The position numbers and the translations under genes are program-made. Below, piece after piece: positions 32,326-41,139 of a DNA stretch of 64,000 nt. The stretch is from NCBI GenBank assembly GCA_963745865.1, contig CAVUYZ010000003.1:558262-622261 (forward strand). The letters run 5' to 3'. Source of the stretch: an uncultured bacterium. Its GTDB lineage: Bacteria > Actinomycetota > Acidimicrobiia > Spongiisociales > ZC4RG35. Every line of letters begins with the position of its first letter. The stretch's first letter is position 1. The notes below the pieces were generated by a model. The model was not told where the DNA came from. It was given only the letters and a program-made list of their open reading frames with translations, and did no database searches.

Positions 32326-33425
32326 GATCGGCCAAACGGAGAGCCGCAGGCGCGCTCGCCCTCACCCTCGCACTGTCACTCTCGTTCGGTCCCGCCGCCG
32401 GGGCGCTCACCCCGATCCCGGGGTCGATCGAACTCCATCCACCCACTCCGCCAGGCGACTACCGGGTGCCGCCATCGGTGTCGGCACAGTCTTGGATCCT
32501 CTTCGATGCCACCGATGGCATCGTCTTGGCGTCGCATCTCGCCGACGACGCCCGACCGATGGCGTCCACGACCAAGATGATGTCTGCGCTCGTTGCGCTC
32601 GAGAACGGAGATCTCGACGAGATCGTTGAGATCTCCCCGGCAGCCGCCGCCGTTGGTGAAGCCGAGATAGGCCTGGTGGCGGGCGAGCGGCTTCGCCTCG
32701 GCGATCTCGTCACGACGATGCTCGTCCGATCTGCGAACGATGCTGCCGTCGCCGTCGCGGAGGCCGTCGGCGGCGACGTCGACACGTTCGTTGCGATGAT
32801 GAACGCCCGGGGAGCCGAAATCGGGCTGACCTCGACCCACTTCGTGAACCCGCACGGCCTCGATGCCGCCGGTCACTACTCGACCGCTCGCGATCTGCTC
32901 CGAATCGCAGTGACAGCGATGCAGAACCCGGTGTTTCGAGAGATGGTGGGAACGACCCGGTTCATGATCCAACCAGCCCCCGATGGAACGGTTCGGGTAG
33001 CGGAGGCGACCAACCGCCTCCTGGGAGAGTACGAGGGCTTGATCGGGGTCAAGACGGGCTTCACCTTCCAAGCGGGCTTGGTCTTCGTTGCGGCAGCCGA
33101 GCGAGAGGGGACGACGATGTACGCGGTCGTGATGGGCTCGGAGGGCTCGCAGGCCCACTTCTCGGATGCGGCATCGTTGCTCGACTTCGGATTCGCCGGC
33201 AACGGTCTCGTTCGGGCGGTGAGCGGGGAACCGATGTCGGACGGATCCAGACTCGCCCGGCTGGCGGGCCTGGAGGCGGCGATCCATGTTGCGTCGTTGA
33301 TGACCGGCTCCGTTGAAGGTCTCGAGGTCGGCGGGTCGATGACGCCGGTTGCGTTGGAAGATTCGAAACCGTTGCCGTCGCTGGCAGATGCGTGGCTCTG
33401 GGTGCTGGAGCGGATCGATGGTTGA
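32322..33425 (+). CDS. D-alanyl-D-alanine carboxypeptidase (peptidase S11)
   Basis: Signal peptide; SxxK (ASTTKMM), SxN (SAND), NPHGLD, KTG. Confidence 0.93.
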   Translation: MRSAKRRAAGALALTLALSLSFGPAAGALTPIPGSIELHPPTPPGDYRVPPSVSAQSWILFDATDGIVLASHLADDARPMASTTKMMSALVALENGDLDEIVEISPAAAAVGEAEIGLVAGERLRLGDLVTTMLVRSANDAAVAVAEAVGGDVDTFVAMMNARGAEIGLTSTHFVNPHGLDAAGHYSTARDLLRIAVTAMQNPVFREMVGTTRFMIQPAPDGTVRVAEATNRLLGEYEGLIGVKTGFTFQAGLVFVAAAEREGTTMYAVVMGSEGSQAHFSDAASLLDFGFAGNGLVRAVSGEPMSDGSRLARLAGLEAAIHVASLMTGSVEGLEVGGSMTPVALEDSKPLPSLADAWLWVLERIDG

Positions 33426-33984
33426 CATGGTCCGTTTGGTGATCACCGCCGAGGAGTTGGAGCGGCGCATCGCCGAGTTGGGCGCCCTGCTGTCGGAGGA
33501 CTATCGCGGTCGAACGCCCATCCTCGTCGGGATCATGCAGGGTTCGATGTGGTTTCTTGCCGACCTGGTTCGGGCGATGAGCATCGAGATCGAAATCGAC
33601 TTTCTCGCACTGAATCGATTCGACGAGGGAGGTCGGATCAGGATCGCCTCCGATACGGCGTCTCCGCTGACCGGCCGTGACGTCGTCATCGTCGAGGACC
33701 TCATCGACACCGGATTGTCGCTCTCCGTCCTCCGTGGCATGTTGGCTGAGCGCCAACCTGCATCCCTCGCAACGGTGACCCTCATCGACAAGGTCGCTCG
33801 TCGCCTCACCGACGTACCGATCGAATACCGCGGCTTCGAGGCGGGCGACGAGTATCTGATCGGATACGGGTTCGACCACGAGGGCCGTTTCAGGAACCTG
33901 CCATCGGTGTGGGCGGTCATGGACCCGCCCCGGTTTCTCGAGGACCCCGACGTCTTCGCCGAACAGGTGTTTCCACGCGCCTGA
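33418..33984 (+). CDS. hpt: Hypoxanthine phosphoribosyltransferase-like protein (divergent)
   Basis: IVEDLIDTG PRPP motif, IDK..RR, GYGFD..GRFRNLP. The LKG and SY motifs are replaced by MQG and RF. Confidence 0.8.
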   Translation: MVDMVRLVITAEELERRIAELGALLSEDYRGRTPILVGIMQGSMWFLADLVRAMSIEIEIDFLALNRFDEGGRIRIASDTASPLTGRDVVIVEDLIDTGLSLSVLRGMLAERQPASLATVTLIDKVARRLTDVPIEYRGFEAGDEYLIGYGFDHEGRFRNLPSVWAVMDPPRFLEDPDVFAEQVFPRA

Positions 33985-33996
33985 TAGGGTGACATC

Positions 33997-34515
33997 ATGG
34001 ACCAAGCCGTTCCAATGACCATCACCGGGGTGCGGGTCGAACTCCCCTCCAACACGCCGATCGTGCTGCTCCGTGAGCAAGCTGGTGAGCGGTTTCTGCC
34101 GATCTGGGTTGGCACGGTCGAAGCGATGGCGATCTCGTCGGCGATGGAAGGGGCGACCCCGCCCCGACCCCAGACGCACGATCTGTTCGTTTCGGCTGTT
34201 GAAGCACTTGGAGCGCGGCCGGTCCGGGTGGTCGTCACCGAGCTTCGTGACAGTGTCTTCTTTGCCGACCTCGTCTTCGAGCGGGGTGGGGAGGAGATCG
34301 TCGTGTCCTCGAGGCCGTCCGACGCCATCGCCATCTCCGTTCGCACCGGAACCCCGGTGTTCGCCAACCGGTCAGTGCTCGACGAAGCAGGGATCGAGAT
34401 CGAGTCCGAGGAGACCGGTGATGTCCCCGAGCAGGAGATCGAGCGATTCCGGGAGATGCTGGAGGAGATAACCGTCGACGACTTCCTGTCCGACGAGGAC
34501 GACCCGGAGCCGTGA
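33997..34515 (+). CDS. Bifunctional nuclease family protein (DUF151, Rv1829-like)
   Basis: PIVLLRE, LPIWVG..EA.AI, RPQTHDL, SSRPSDAIAI, EIERFREML. Confidence 0.93.
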   Translation: MDQAVPMTITGVRVELPSNTPIVLLREQAGERFLPIWVGTVEAMAISSAMEGATPPRPQTHDLFVSAVEALGARPVRVVVTELRDSVFFADLVFERGGEEIVVSSRPSDAIAISVRTGTPVFANRSVLDEAGIEIESEETGDVPEQEIERFREMLEEITVDDFLSDEDDPEP

Positions 34516-35519
34516 TCGGGCGGCGTAGCCCGTTGAACACCAAGCTTGCCGTCGGCCTCGCCGGGCTCGCACTGCTCAGTGGGTTCGGCACGCTGGCCTA
34601 CGTGGTGGTCGAGGGTGTCTCCGTCCTCGATGCGTTCTACATGGTGATCATCACGATCACCACGGTCGGCTTCGAGGAAGTCTTCGAACTCGGCCATGCC
34701 GGTCGGATCGTGACCATCTTCATCATGCTCTTCGGGGTAGGCCTCGCTTTGTACACTGCGGGTGCGGCCATCGAGCGTCTCTTCGACCTCGGTGTAGCTC
34801 GCCAGCGAGCCAGGACCAGGAAGTTGATCGGCCAGTTCCAAGACCACGTGATCCTCTGCGGCTTCGGGCGGGTCGGAAAGGGCGTCTACAAGAGTCTCGT
34901 CGATCGCGGCGAGCAGGTCGTCGTCATCGAGCGGAAGCCCGAAGATGTCGAAGCAGCCGAGTCGGACGGGATCCCCGTCATCTCGGGCAACGCAACCATG
35001 AACGATACGCTCGAAGCCGCCGGCATCATGCGGGCGGCGGCGCTCGTCGCCTGCGTCACCGATGACTCAGACAACCTCGTCATCATCCTTTCGGCTCGGT
35101 CTCTCAACCCGAAGATCCACCTGGTGTCACGGGCGAGCGAACTCGAGTCCGAATCGAAACTCAGGCTCGCCGGCGCAGACAGCGTTGTCTCGCCGCAGGC
35201 CGTCGGTAGCGAGCGGATTGCCGCCATGACCGTCGAGAAGCATCTCACCGAGATCTTCGATGTCTTCGTCGGAGGCCGTGCCGTCGAGTTCAACGTGGAG
35301 GAGTTGCAGGTCGACGCCAGGTCCGAGGTCGTCGGCAAGTCGATCAGCGAGGCACAGATTCGGGAGAAGAGCGGAGCACTGATCCTCGCAGTCGAGGACC
35401 GGGCACGGAAACTGCTCCATGCTCCTGGCCCCGAGCACGTGTTCCTGCCTGAGAGCGGCGTCATCGTCGTCGGGACCGCCCAGCAGGTAGAAGCGGCAGC
35501 CAAGCTCTTCTCCGCCTGA
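34512..35519 (+). CDS. Potassium channel-like protein (2TM + TrkA-N + TrkA-C)
   Basis: DAFYMVIITITTVGFEEV pore region, HVILCGFGRVG, GNAT, DDSDNL. Confidence 0.9.
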   Translation: MIGRRSPLNTKLAVGLAGLALLSGFGTLAYVVVEGVSVLDAFYMVIITITTVGFEEVFELGHAGRIVTIFIMLFGVGLALYTAGAAIERLFDLGVARQRARTRKLIGQFQDHVILCGFGRVGKGVYKSLVDRGEQVVVIERKPEDVEAAESDGIPVISGNATMNDTLEAAGIMRAAALVACVTDDSDNLVIILSARSLNPKIHLVSRASELESESKLRLAGADSVVSPQAVGSERIAAMTVEKHLTEIFDVFVGGRAVEFNVEELQVDARSEVVGKSISEAQIREKSGALILAVEDRARKLLHAPGPEHVFLPESGVIVVGTAQQVEAAAKLFSA

Positions 35520-35623
35520 GCCCACGATCCGCAGCATCCGACGGGGTCGGCGTCCGCGCCCCGGCTGGGAGTGCACGGCGCTCGTGTTCGGCGGTGAGTG
35601 TGTCTCGGAGAATGCGCATCAAT

Positions 35624-35644
35624 TTGTCCACAGGTTGTTGACAA
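35624..35644. promoter_or_regulatory. Head-to-head DnaA-box pair
   Basis: TTGTCCACA (35624-35632), a GGT spacer, then TGTTGACAA (reverse complement TTGTCAACA, 8/9 match). Confidence 0.65.
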
Positions 35645-35667
35645 GTAGGGGAGCGCAGAAGTAGGTT
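35638..35667 (+). promoter_or_regulatory. Housekeeping-sigma promoter for the mcdR-like/nuclease/gcvT unit
   Basis: TTGACA-N18-TAGGTT; alternative -10 hexamers TACGCT (35671) and TACGAT (35685). Confidence 0.6.
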
Positions 35668-35766
35668 CCCTACGCTGGTGGAATTACGATGATGTAAGCG
35701 GATCGACCCGCGTCGCCGACAATGAATCGACGACGGGGGCGGTGCGGGTGGATGATCGAGGAGATC

Positions 35767-36249
35767 ATGTCAACTGAGACTCACGAGACAACGGGCTTCC
35801 GAGCCCCACAGGTGTGCAAGTTTGTTGGCATCACGTACCGCCAACTCGACTATTGGGCTCGCACCGACCTCTTGAAGCCGTCGATGCAGGAAGCCAATGG
35901 CTCCGGCTCCCAGCGGATGTACTCGTTCACCGACCTGGTGCAACTGAAGGTGATCAAACGTCTGCTCGACGCGGGGATGAGCCTCAAGAAGATCCGATCC
36001 GCCGTGGCGATTCTCCGTGTGCAACTCGAATCGGACGAGCCGCTCGCCAATGTGACGCTGTTGTCGGATGGCAACACCATCTATGCAGCACACTCCGAGG
36101 ACGAGGTCGTCGATGTGTTCCGACGAGGACAGGGAGTGTTCGGCATCGCCGTCGGCCCTGTCCAGGAGGAAGTCGCCGGCGCACTCCACGAGCTGATTCC
36201 CGCATCAGCGAGCGCCGTCACCGACCTGCCGGCAGCCGAAGCGAACTGA
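35767..36249 (+). CDS. MerR-family regulator (Rv1830/McdR-like)
   Basis: GFRAPQVCKFVGITYRQLDYWARTDL..PS...GSGSQRMYSFTD, GQGVFGIA. GAGGAG SD upstream. Confidence 0.9.
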   Translation: MSTETHETTGFRAPQVCKFVGITYRQLDYWARTDLLKPSMQEANGSGSQRMYSFTDLVQLKVIKRLLDAGMSLKKIRSAVAILRVQLESDEPLANVTLLSDGNTIYAAHSEDEVVDVFRRGQGVFGIAVGPVQEEVAGALHELIPASASAVTDLPAAEAN

Positions 36250-36692
36250 TGCCGGGACCGGTCAATGCTCCCACCACCGGTCAGGCTCTCAGCATCGACT
36301 TCGCCCACAACAGTGAACGTCAGTTCGCGCTGCTCCTCGACTTCTACGAGGTCCCGTGGAGCTACGAGCCGGACTCGTTTGCCATCGAGTACGACGAATC
36401 CGGCGAACCGCTGAAGTTCTTCGCTCCCGATTTCTACCTGCCGGACGAGGATCGTTACGTCGAGATCACGACGATGAATCAGAAGCTGGTGACCAAGAAG
36501 AACGCCAAGATCAGGAAGCTGGCGATCCATCACCCCGAGATCAACTGCCGCATCCTGTACCTGCGCGATTACCTCCACCTGGTGATCAAGTACGGACTCG
36601 ACGAGCCAGAGCAACTCGAGGCTCCGCTCCCGACCCGCGTCCCAGGAGAGCCACAGCTCGTGGCGCTCGTCGATCGCGGCGACAATCCGTGA
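36249..36692 (+). CDS. Uncharacterised PD-(D/E)XK-fold (T7 endonuclease I/TnsA-N-like) protein, 147 aa
   Basis: FAHNSE..F..LLDFY...W.YEP..F...F.PDFYLP...YVEITT. TGATG and GTGA overlaps with both neighbours. Confidence 0.7.
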   Translation: MPGPVNAPTTGQALSIDFAHNSERQFALLLDFYEVPWSYEPDSFAIEYDESGEPLKFFAPDFYLPDEDRYVEITTMNQKLVTKKNAKIRKLAIHHPEINCRILYLRDYLHLVIKYGLDEPEQLEAPLPTRVPGEPQLVALVDRGDNP

Positions 36693-37696
36693 CACATCGA
36701 AGTCCGCTCCACGAGTACACGACTCGGCTCGGAGGCTCGTTCACGGACTTCGGGGGTTGGTCGATGCCATTGGAGTTCGAGTCGGTCATCGCCGAGCACA
36801 TGGCGGTGCGCACGCGCTGCGGGTGGTTCGATGTGAGTCACCTGGGACGTTTCGAGCTCTCCGGTCCCGGATCGGCCGCGGTGCTCGACGCACAGACGAC
36901 GATTCGGGGATCGAGCCTCGAGCCCGGTCGAACACGGTATGCCCTCGTCCTGAACGACGCCGGCGGGATCCTCGATGACATCGTGGTCTGGCGGCTCGAC
37001 CAGGATCGATTCATCGTTCTCCCGAATGCTGCCAATGCGGCTGCCGTCATGGAGCGCTTCGCGGCCGGCGAGCCGCACGACCTGGTTCCAGAGACCGTCA
37101 TGGTGGCCATTCAGGGGCCCGACGCACCAACCGTGATCGAGCATGTCACTGGTACCCCTCCCGCCCGCTTCCGTGTGCATGAGACCGACCGTGGGTGGAC
37201 TGTCGCCGGCACCGGATACACCGGAGAGCGCGGCGGAGAGATGATCGTCCCGGTCGAGGATGTCGATGTGCTGGTCGAGCGCCTCGATGACGCGTCGCCG
37301 GTTCCGTGCGGTTTGGGAGCCAGAGACACGCTCCGCCTGGAGGCCGGGCTTCCGTTGTGGGGTCAGGATCTCGACGCCGACATCGACCCGTACCGGGCGG
37401 GGCTCGGATTTGCGGTGGACCTCGACCACGAGTTCGTCGGGAAAGATGCGCTCGATCCCGATCGGCCGTCCGGGAGGATTCGATTCACCACCGCATCGCG
37501 CAGGGTGCCCAGGAGCGGTCAGGACCTCATCGACGTCGACGGCAGGGTGGTCGGCACAGTCACATCAGGCTCGTTCAGCCCGGTTCGCAGCGAAGGCATC
37601 GGAATGGGGTACCTCCAGGAACGACCAGATACCCTGTTCGTCGACATCCGGGGGAGGTCGGTGCCTGTCGAGATCGTCCCCGGTGCGTTCATCTGA
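36689..37696 (+). CDS. gcvT: Glycine cleavage system aminomethyltransferase T
   Basis: DFGGWSMP, EH.AVR, FDVSHLG, GGILDD, GYTGE.GGE, CGLGARDTLRLEAG.PLWG. Confidence 0.94.
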   Translation: MTHRSPLHEYTTRLGGSFTDFGGWSMPLEFESVIAEHMAVRTRCGWFDVSHLGRFELSGPGSAAVLDAQTTIRGSSLEPGRTRYALVLNDAGGILDDIVVWRLDQDRFIVLPNAANAAAVMERFAAGEPHDLVPETVMVAIQGPDAPTVIEHVTGTPPARFRVHETDRGWTVAGTGYTGERGGEMIVPVEDVDVLVERLDDASPVPCGLGARDTLRLEAGLPLWGQDLDADIDPYRAGLGFAVDLDHEFVGKDALDPDRPSGRIRFTTASRRVPRSGQDLIDVDGRVVGTVTSGSFSPVRSEGIGMGYLQERPDTLFVDIRGRSVPVEIVPGAFI

Positions 37697-37712
37697 GTGG
37701 AGATCTGAGCAC

Positions 37713-38535
37713 ATGAGCCACAGCGAGTCGCGTCCGACACTGACCGTCAACGGAGTGCACGAACTGACACGTGTCTGGGAGCCCGAATCGAGCCCACCTC
37801 GATGTGATGTCTTGATCGTCCACGGCATCAACGAGCACTCCGGCCGGTACGAGCACGTCGGCGACCAGATGTCCACTGCCGGATTCCGGGTCGAGTCCTT
37901 CGATCTGGTCGGCTGGGGAGCGAGCGGCGGAGCGCGAGGAGACATCTCCGATTGGACCGTGTATCTCGACCAGGTGCAGGGTCACCTCGAGCCTCTGTTG
38001 TCCAACCAACGGCCCACAGTGCTCTATGGACATTCGATGGGAGGCCTGATCGTGGCCGAGTACATGCGTCGCCGAACGTCCGAAACCCGATCTCGCCGTT
38101 CTGTCCGCTCCGGCGCTCGAGGCGGGCGCTGCCTGGCAGCATCTGGCCTGGCCAAGATGCTTGGCGCCCGTTGCTGGGCGGGCTGAAGCTCCCGTCCAGG
38201 ATCAAAGGTGAGTACCTCTCGAGCGATCCTGCAGTCGGTGAGGCGTATTTCTCCGACCCCCTCGTGAACACGGAGTCCGACCGTCCGTTTTGGTCATCGT
38301 TTCTTCTCGGCGATGGAGCGGACCGGTCGGGCGATCGACGATCTCACGGTTCCGACGCTCGTCATCCACGGTGCCGACGACTCCAGTGGTCCCGCCGGCG
38401 TCCTCGGAGCCGTTCGAGCGGATCGCCGCCGCCGAGCGGCGCGTCTATCCGGGGATCAGGCACGAACTCCACAACGAGCCTCAGGGACCCGAAATCCTGG
38501 GTGAGGTCATCGATTGGATCTCGGACAGACTCTGA
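37713..38535 (+). CDS. Alpha/beta hydrolase (lysophospholipase/monoglyceride lipase-like); several indels between 38070 and 38385
   Basis: VHGINEHSGRY, FDLVGWGAS.G, GHSMGG, then PTLVIHGADD and RHELHNEP in later frames. Confidence 0.85.
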
Positions 38536-38545
38536 CTCCTGTGCC

Positions 38546-39937
38546 ATGCGGTACGATCGCACAACGATGCACGACATGATGCCGCCCGACCGAGAGTCGC
38601 TGCTCCAGGAGAGCCCGAATCCGGTGATCATCTACCGGGACGGTCAGATCCTGTGGGCGAACGAAACAGCGTGCGGCATCCTGATGGACCCCATCGGCTC
38701 GGATCTCATGTCGCACGTGTTCGAAGAAGACAAAGCGCGGATCGCCGCCCGAGTGTCGAAGATCCAGGGCGGCCAGGTCGACGGTCCCGCCCGTCTCACG
38801 ATCGAGACCCGCTTGGGCCCCAGGATCATCGAGAGCGCTGCCACGCTCATTCAGTTGCCCGACGGTCCAGCCATCCAGACGACATGGCGCGACCTCACCG
38901 ACCTGGAGCGAATGCGCACGTGGCTCGAAGCAGTGGCCGACTCGACCTCGGATCTCATCGCCATCGTGTCGCTCGACGGAGAGATCCAGTACATGAACCA
39001 GGCGTTGCTGGAGTTCAGGGGTGAACACCAGCGCACCAACCTCCCTGATGGGCGGAATCTGCTGGATCACGTCGGCCCCGGTCAGGAGGCCTCCATTGCG
39101 GATGCCAAGGAGGCCCTCCGCGAGCGTGGACGGTGGCGCGGAGAGCTCGAATTGCTCTCCGGCGGCGTGACTGCGGCGGTGTCGATCGTCCTCCAGAGAC
39201 ACCGGGTGGGGGGATCGCGTTTCTTCTCTGCGATCGGACGCGACGTCTCCGCCGAGCGCGATCTGCGCAACGAGCTCGGGCGTGCCGTACGGGAACGTGA
39301 CACCTTCGCTGCTCGAGTGGCCCACGAACTCAAGAACCCGCTGGCCGGCGTCATCGGGACGGCGTCGCTGCTCGGAGACGGTGATCTCAGCGATGACCAA
39401 CGCGAGTTGATCGACCTGCTCGTGACCGGAGCCTCCGATCTGCAGCGGGTGGTCGACGACCTCACCGCTTTCTCGGCCAGCGGCAACGCCGATGTCTCCA
39501 TCGAGAACGCTCCGGTCGATCTCCGCCATGAAGTCGAGCACGTGGTTCTACCGATTGCCGAGTCTGCTGAGACGTCGTTCCGCATCGTGGGCCAGGCGCA
39601 GTCGATCGCGGATCCGAATCGGGTGCGTCAAGTCGTGCGCAACCTGTGCATCAACGCGGTCCTCCACGGCGGGGGCCGGGTCTCGGTGGAGTTGACGGAG
39701 GCCGAGCGACCGAGCGTTCGTGTCGGTCATCGACGACGGGATCGGCGTGCCTGCCGAGGCGGAGGAATGGATCTTCGACGAGTTCCGGTCTGCAAGGAGA
39801 CTTCACGTCTCGGGCGGGATGGGATTGGGGCTGGCGGTTGCCCGCCAGTTGGCCGACGGATGGACGGAGATCTGACCTATCGCCGGTCTGGTGGCGAAAC
39901 CGTGTTCACCCTGGATCTGCCTTCCGGGCGATCATGA
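38546..39937 (+). CDS. PAS-PAS sensor histidine kinase (orphan); compensating +1/-1 indels at about 39725 and 39855; start may be ATG 38567
   Basis: Two PAS domains, H-box VAHELKNPL, N-box VVRNLCINA. The G1 (DDGIG) and G2 (GMGLGL) boxes lie in the +1 frame. Confidence 0.88.
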   Translation: MRYDRTTMHDMMPPDRESLLQESPNPVIIYRDGQILWANETACGILMDPIGSDLMSHVFEEDKARIAARVSKIQGGQVDGPARLTIETRLGPRIIESAATLIQLPDGPAIQTTWRDLTDLERMRTWLEAVADSTSDLIAIVSLDGEIQYMNQALLEFRGEHQRTNLPDGRNLLDHVGPGQEASIADAKEALRERGRWRGELELLSGGVTAAVSIVLQRHRVGGSRFFSAIGRDVSAERDLRNELGRAVRERDTFAARVAHELKNPLAGVIGTASLLGDGDLSDDQRELIDLLVTGASDLQRVVDDLTAFSASGNADVSIENAPVDLRHEVEHVVLPIAESAETSFRIVGQAQSIADPNRVRQVVRNLCINAVLHGGGRVSVELTEAERPSVRVGHRRRDRRACRGGGMDLRRVPVCKETSRLGRDGIGAGGCPPVGRRMDGDLTYRRSGGETVFTLDLPSGRS

Positions 39938-40440
39938 CCATCCGGGCGGGGTCCCTTCTGGTTGCGACCCCATCGCTGACCGACCCCAACTTCTCCCGGA
40001 CCGTGATCGCCATCCTCGAGCACACCTCGGAGGACGGTACGGTCGGCGTGATCGTGAACCGCCCGACAGACATCGACGTCGTCGACCATCTTCCCTGGCT
40101 CGACGGGGCGGTCAGCGAACCGGGTGTCGTGTTCATCGGTGGCCCGGTGCGTCGAGAAGTGGCGGTGGGCGTGGCGCTCAACGACCTGGGTCTCCCGGTG
40201 CTGGTCGAGGACCTCGATGACCCACCGGTTGGACCGCTTCGAATCTTCTCGGGATACAGCGGATGGGGGGTTGGCCAACTCGAGGGGGAACTGGCCGACG
40301 ATGCCTGGGTCGTCGTCGATGCTGAGCCCGATGACACCTTCGATCAGGATCCGCGTACGTTGTGGTCGAGGGTGCTTCGGCGTCAGGACGGGTACATCGC
40401 CATGCTGGCCACCTATCCGGCCGACCTGTCTTCGAACTGA
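39934..40440 (+). CDS. YqgE/AlgH (UPF0301) family protein
   Basis: LLVATPSLTDPNFSRTV, GVIVNRP, GGPV, FSGYSGW..GQLEGE. Confidence 0.93.
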   Translation: MTIRAGSLLVATPSLTDPNFSRTVIAILEHTSEDGTVGVIVNRPTDIDVVDHLPWLDGAVSEPGVVFIGGPVRREVAVGVALNDLGLPVLVEDLDDPPVGPLRIFSGYSGWGVGQLEGELADDAWVVVDAEPDDTFDQDPRTLWSRVLRRQDGYIAMLATYPADLSSN

Positions 40441-41139
40441 TGGCATCCGTTCCTCGACTCAGGGCAGCGACGCGAAAGCACTCACCAGGTCTCGCCGTCG
40501 AACGCCGACTGTGGAGCGCAGGGCCGCGAGTTCGTCGTCGGTCTCGACGAAGTGGGCCGTGGAGCTTGGGCAGGCCCGCTCACCGTTGGAGCTGCGATCG
40601 TTCCCCAGGACCGACGCATCTACAAGGTACGCGATTCGAAGCTTCTCACCGAGGATGAGCGCGAGGCAATGTACGACCGGATCAGGGAATGGGTGTTCGC
40701 ATGGAGCATCGGCCATGCCTCCGACGCCGAATGTGACGCCCTGGGGATGGCGGACGCCCAGCGTCTCGCAACTCGGCGAGCACTCGATCGACTCCCGGTC
40801 GCTCCTGACGCGTTCCTCGTCGACGGGAACTGGGACTTTGTGGGCCGACCCGGGACGATGACCCTCGTCAAGGGTGACCGCACCAGCCTGTCGATCGCGT
40901 CTGCATCGATCCTGGCCAAGGTCACGCGGGACAGGATCATGCGGAGACTCGACCCGATGTTCCCCGGGTACAACTTTGCGAGCAACAAGGGGTACCCATG
41001 CCCGGTGCATCGGTCCGCGATCTCCGCATGTGGTCCGAGTGCGATCCATCGCAGGAGTTGGGTCTTCATGGACACGATGCCATGGGGAGGCCTGCCCAGA
41101 TACGAGCGAAGCCGCCAGCTCAGTTTCGAGGGTCTCTGA
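40440..41139 (+). CDS. rnhB: Ribonuclease HII; +1 indel at about 40522
   Basis: VGLDEVGRGAWAGP, RDSKLL, LVDG, KGD..SLSIASASILAKVTRD, NKGY, HRRSW. Confidence 0.94.

Noticed and set aside
35520-35766. Possible oriC
   Set aside because: Only two DnaA boxes, no extended AT-rich unwinding element and no dnaA/dnaN nearby; treated as a regulatory site.
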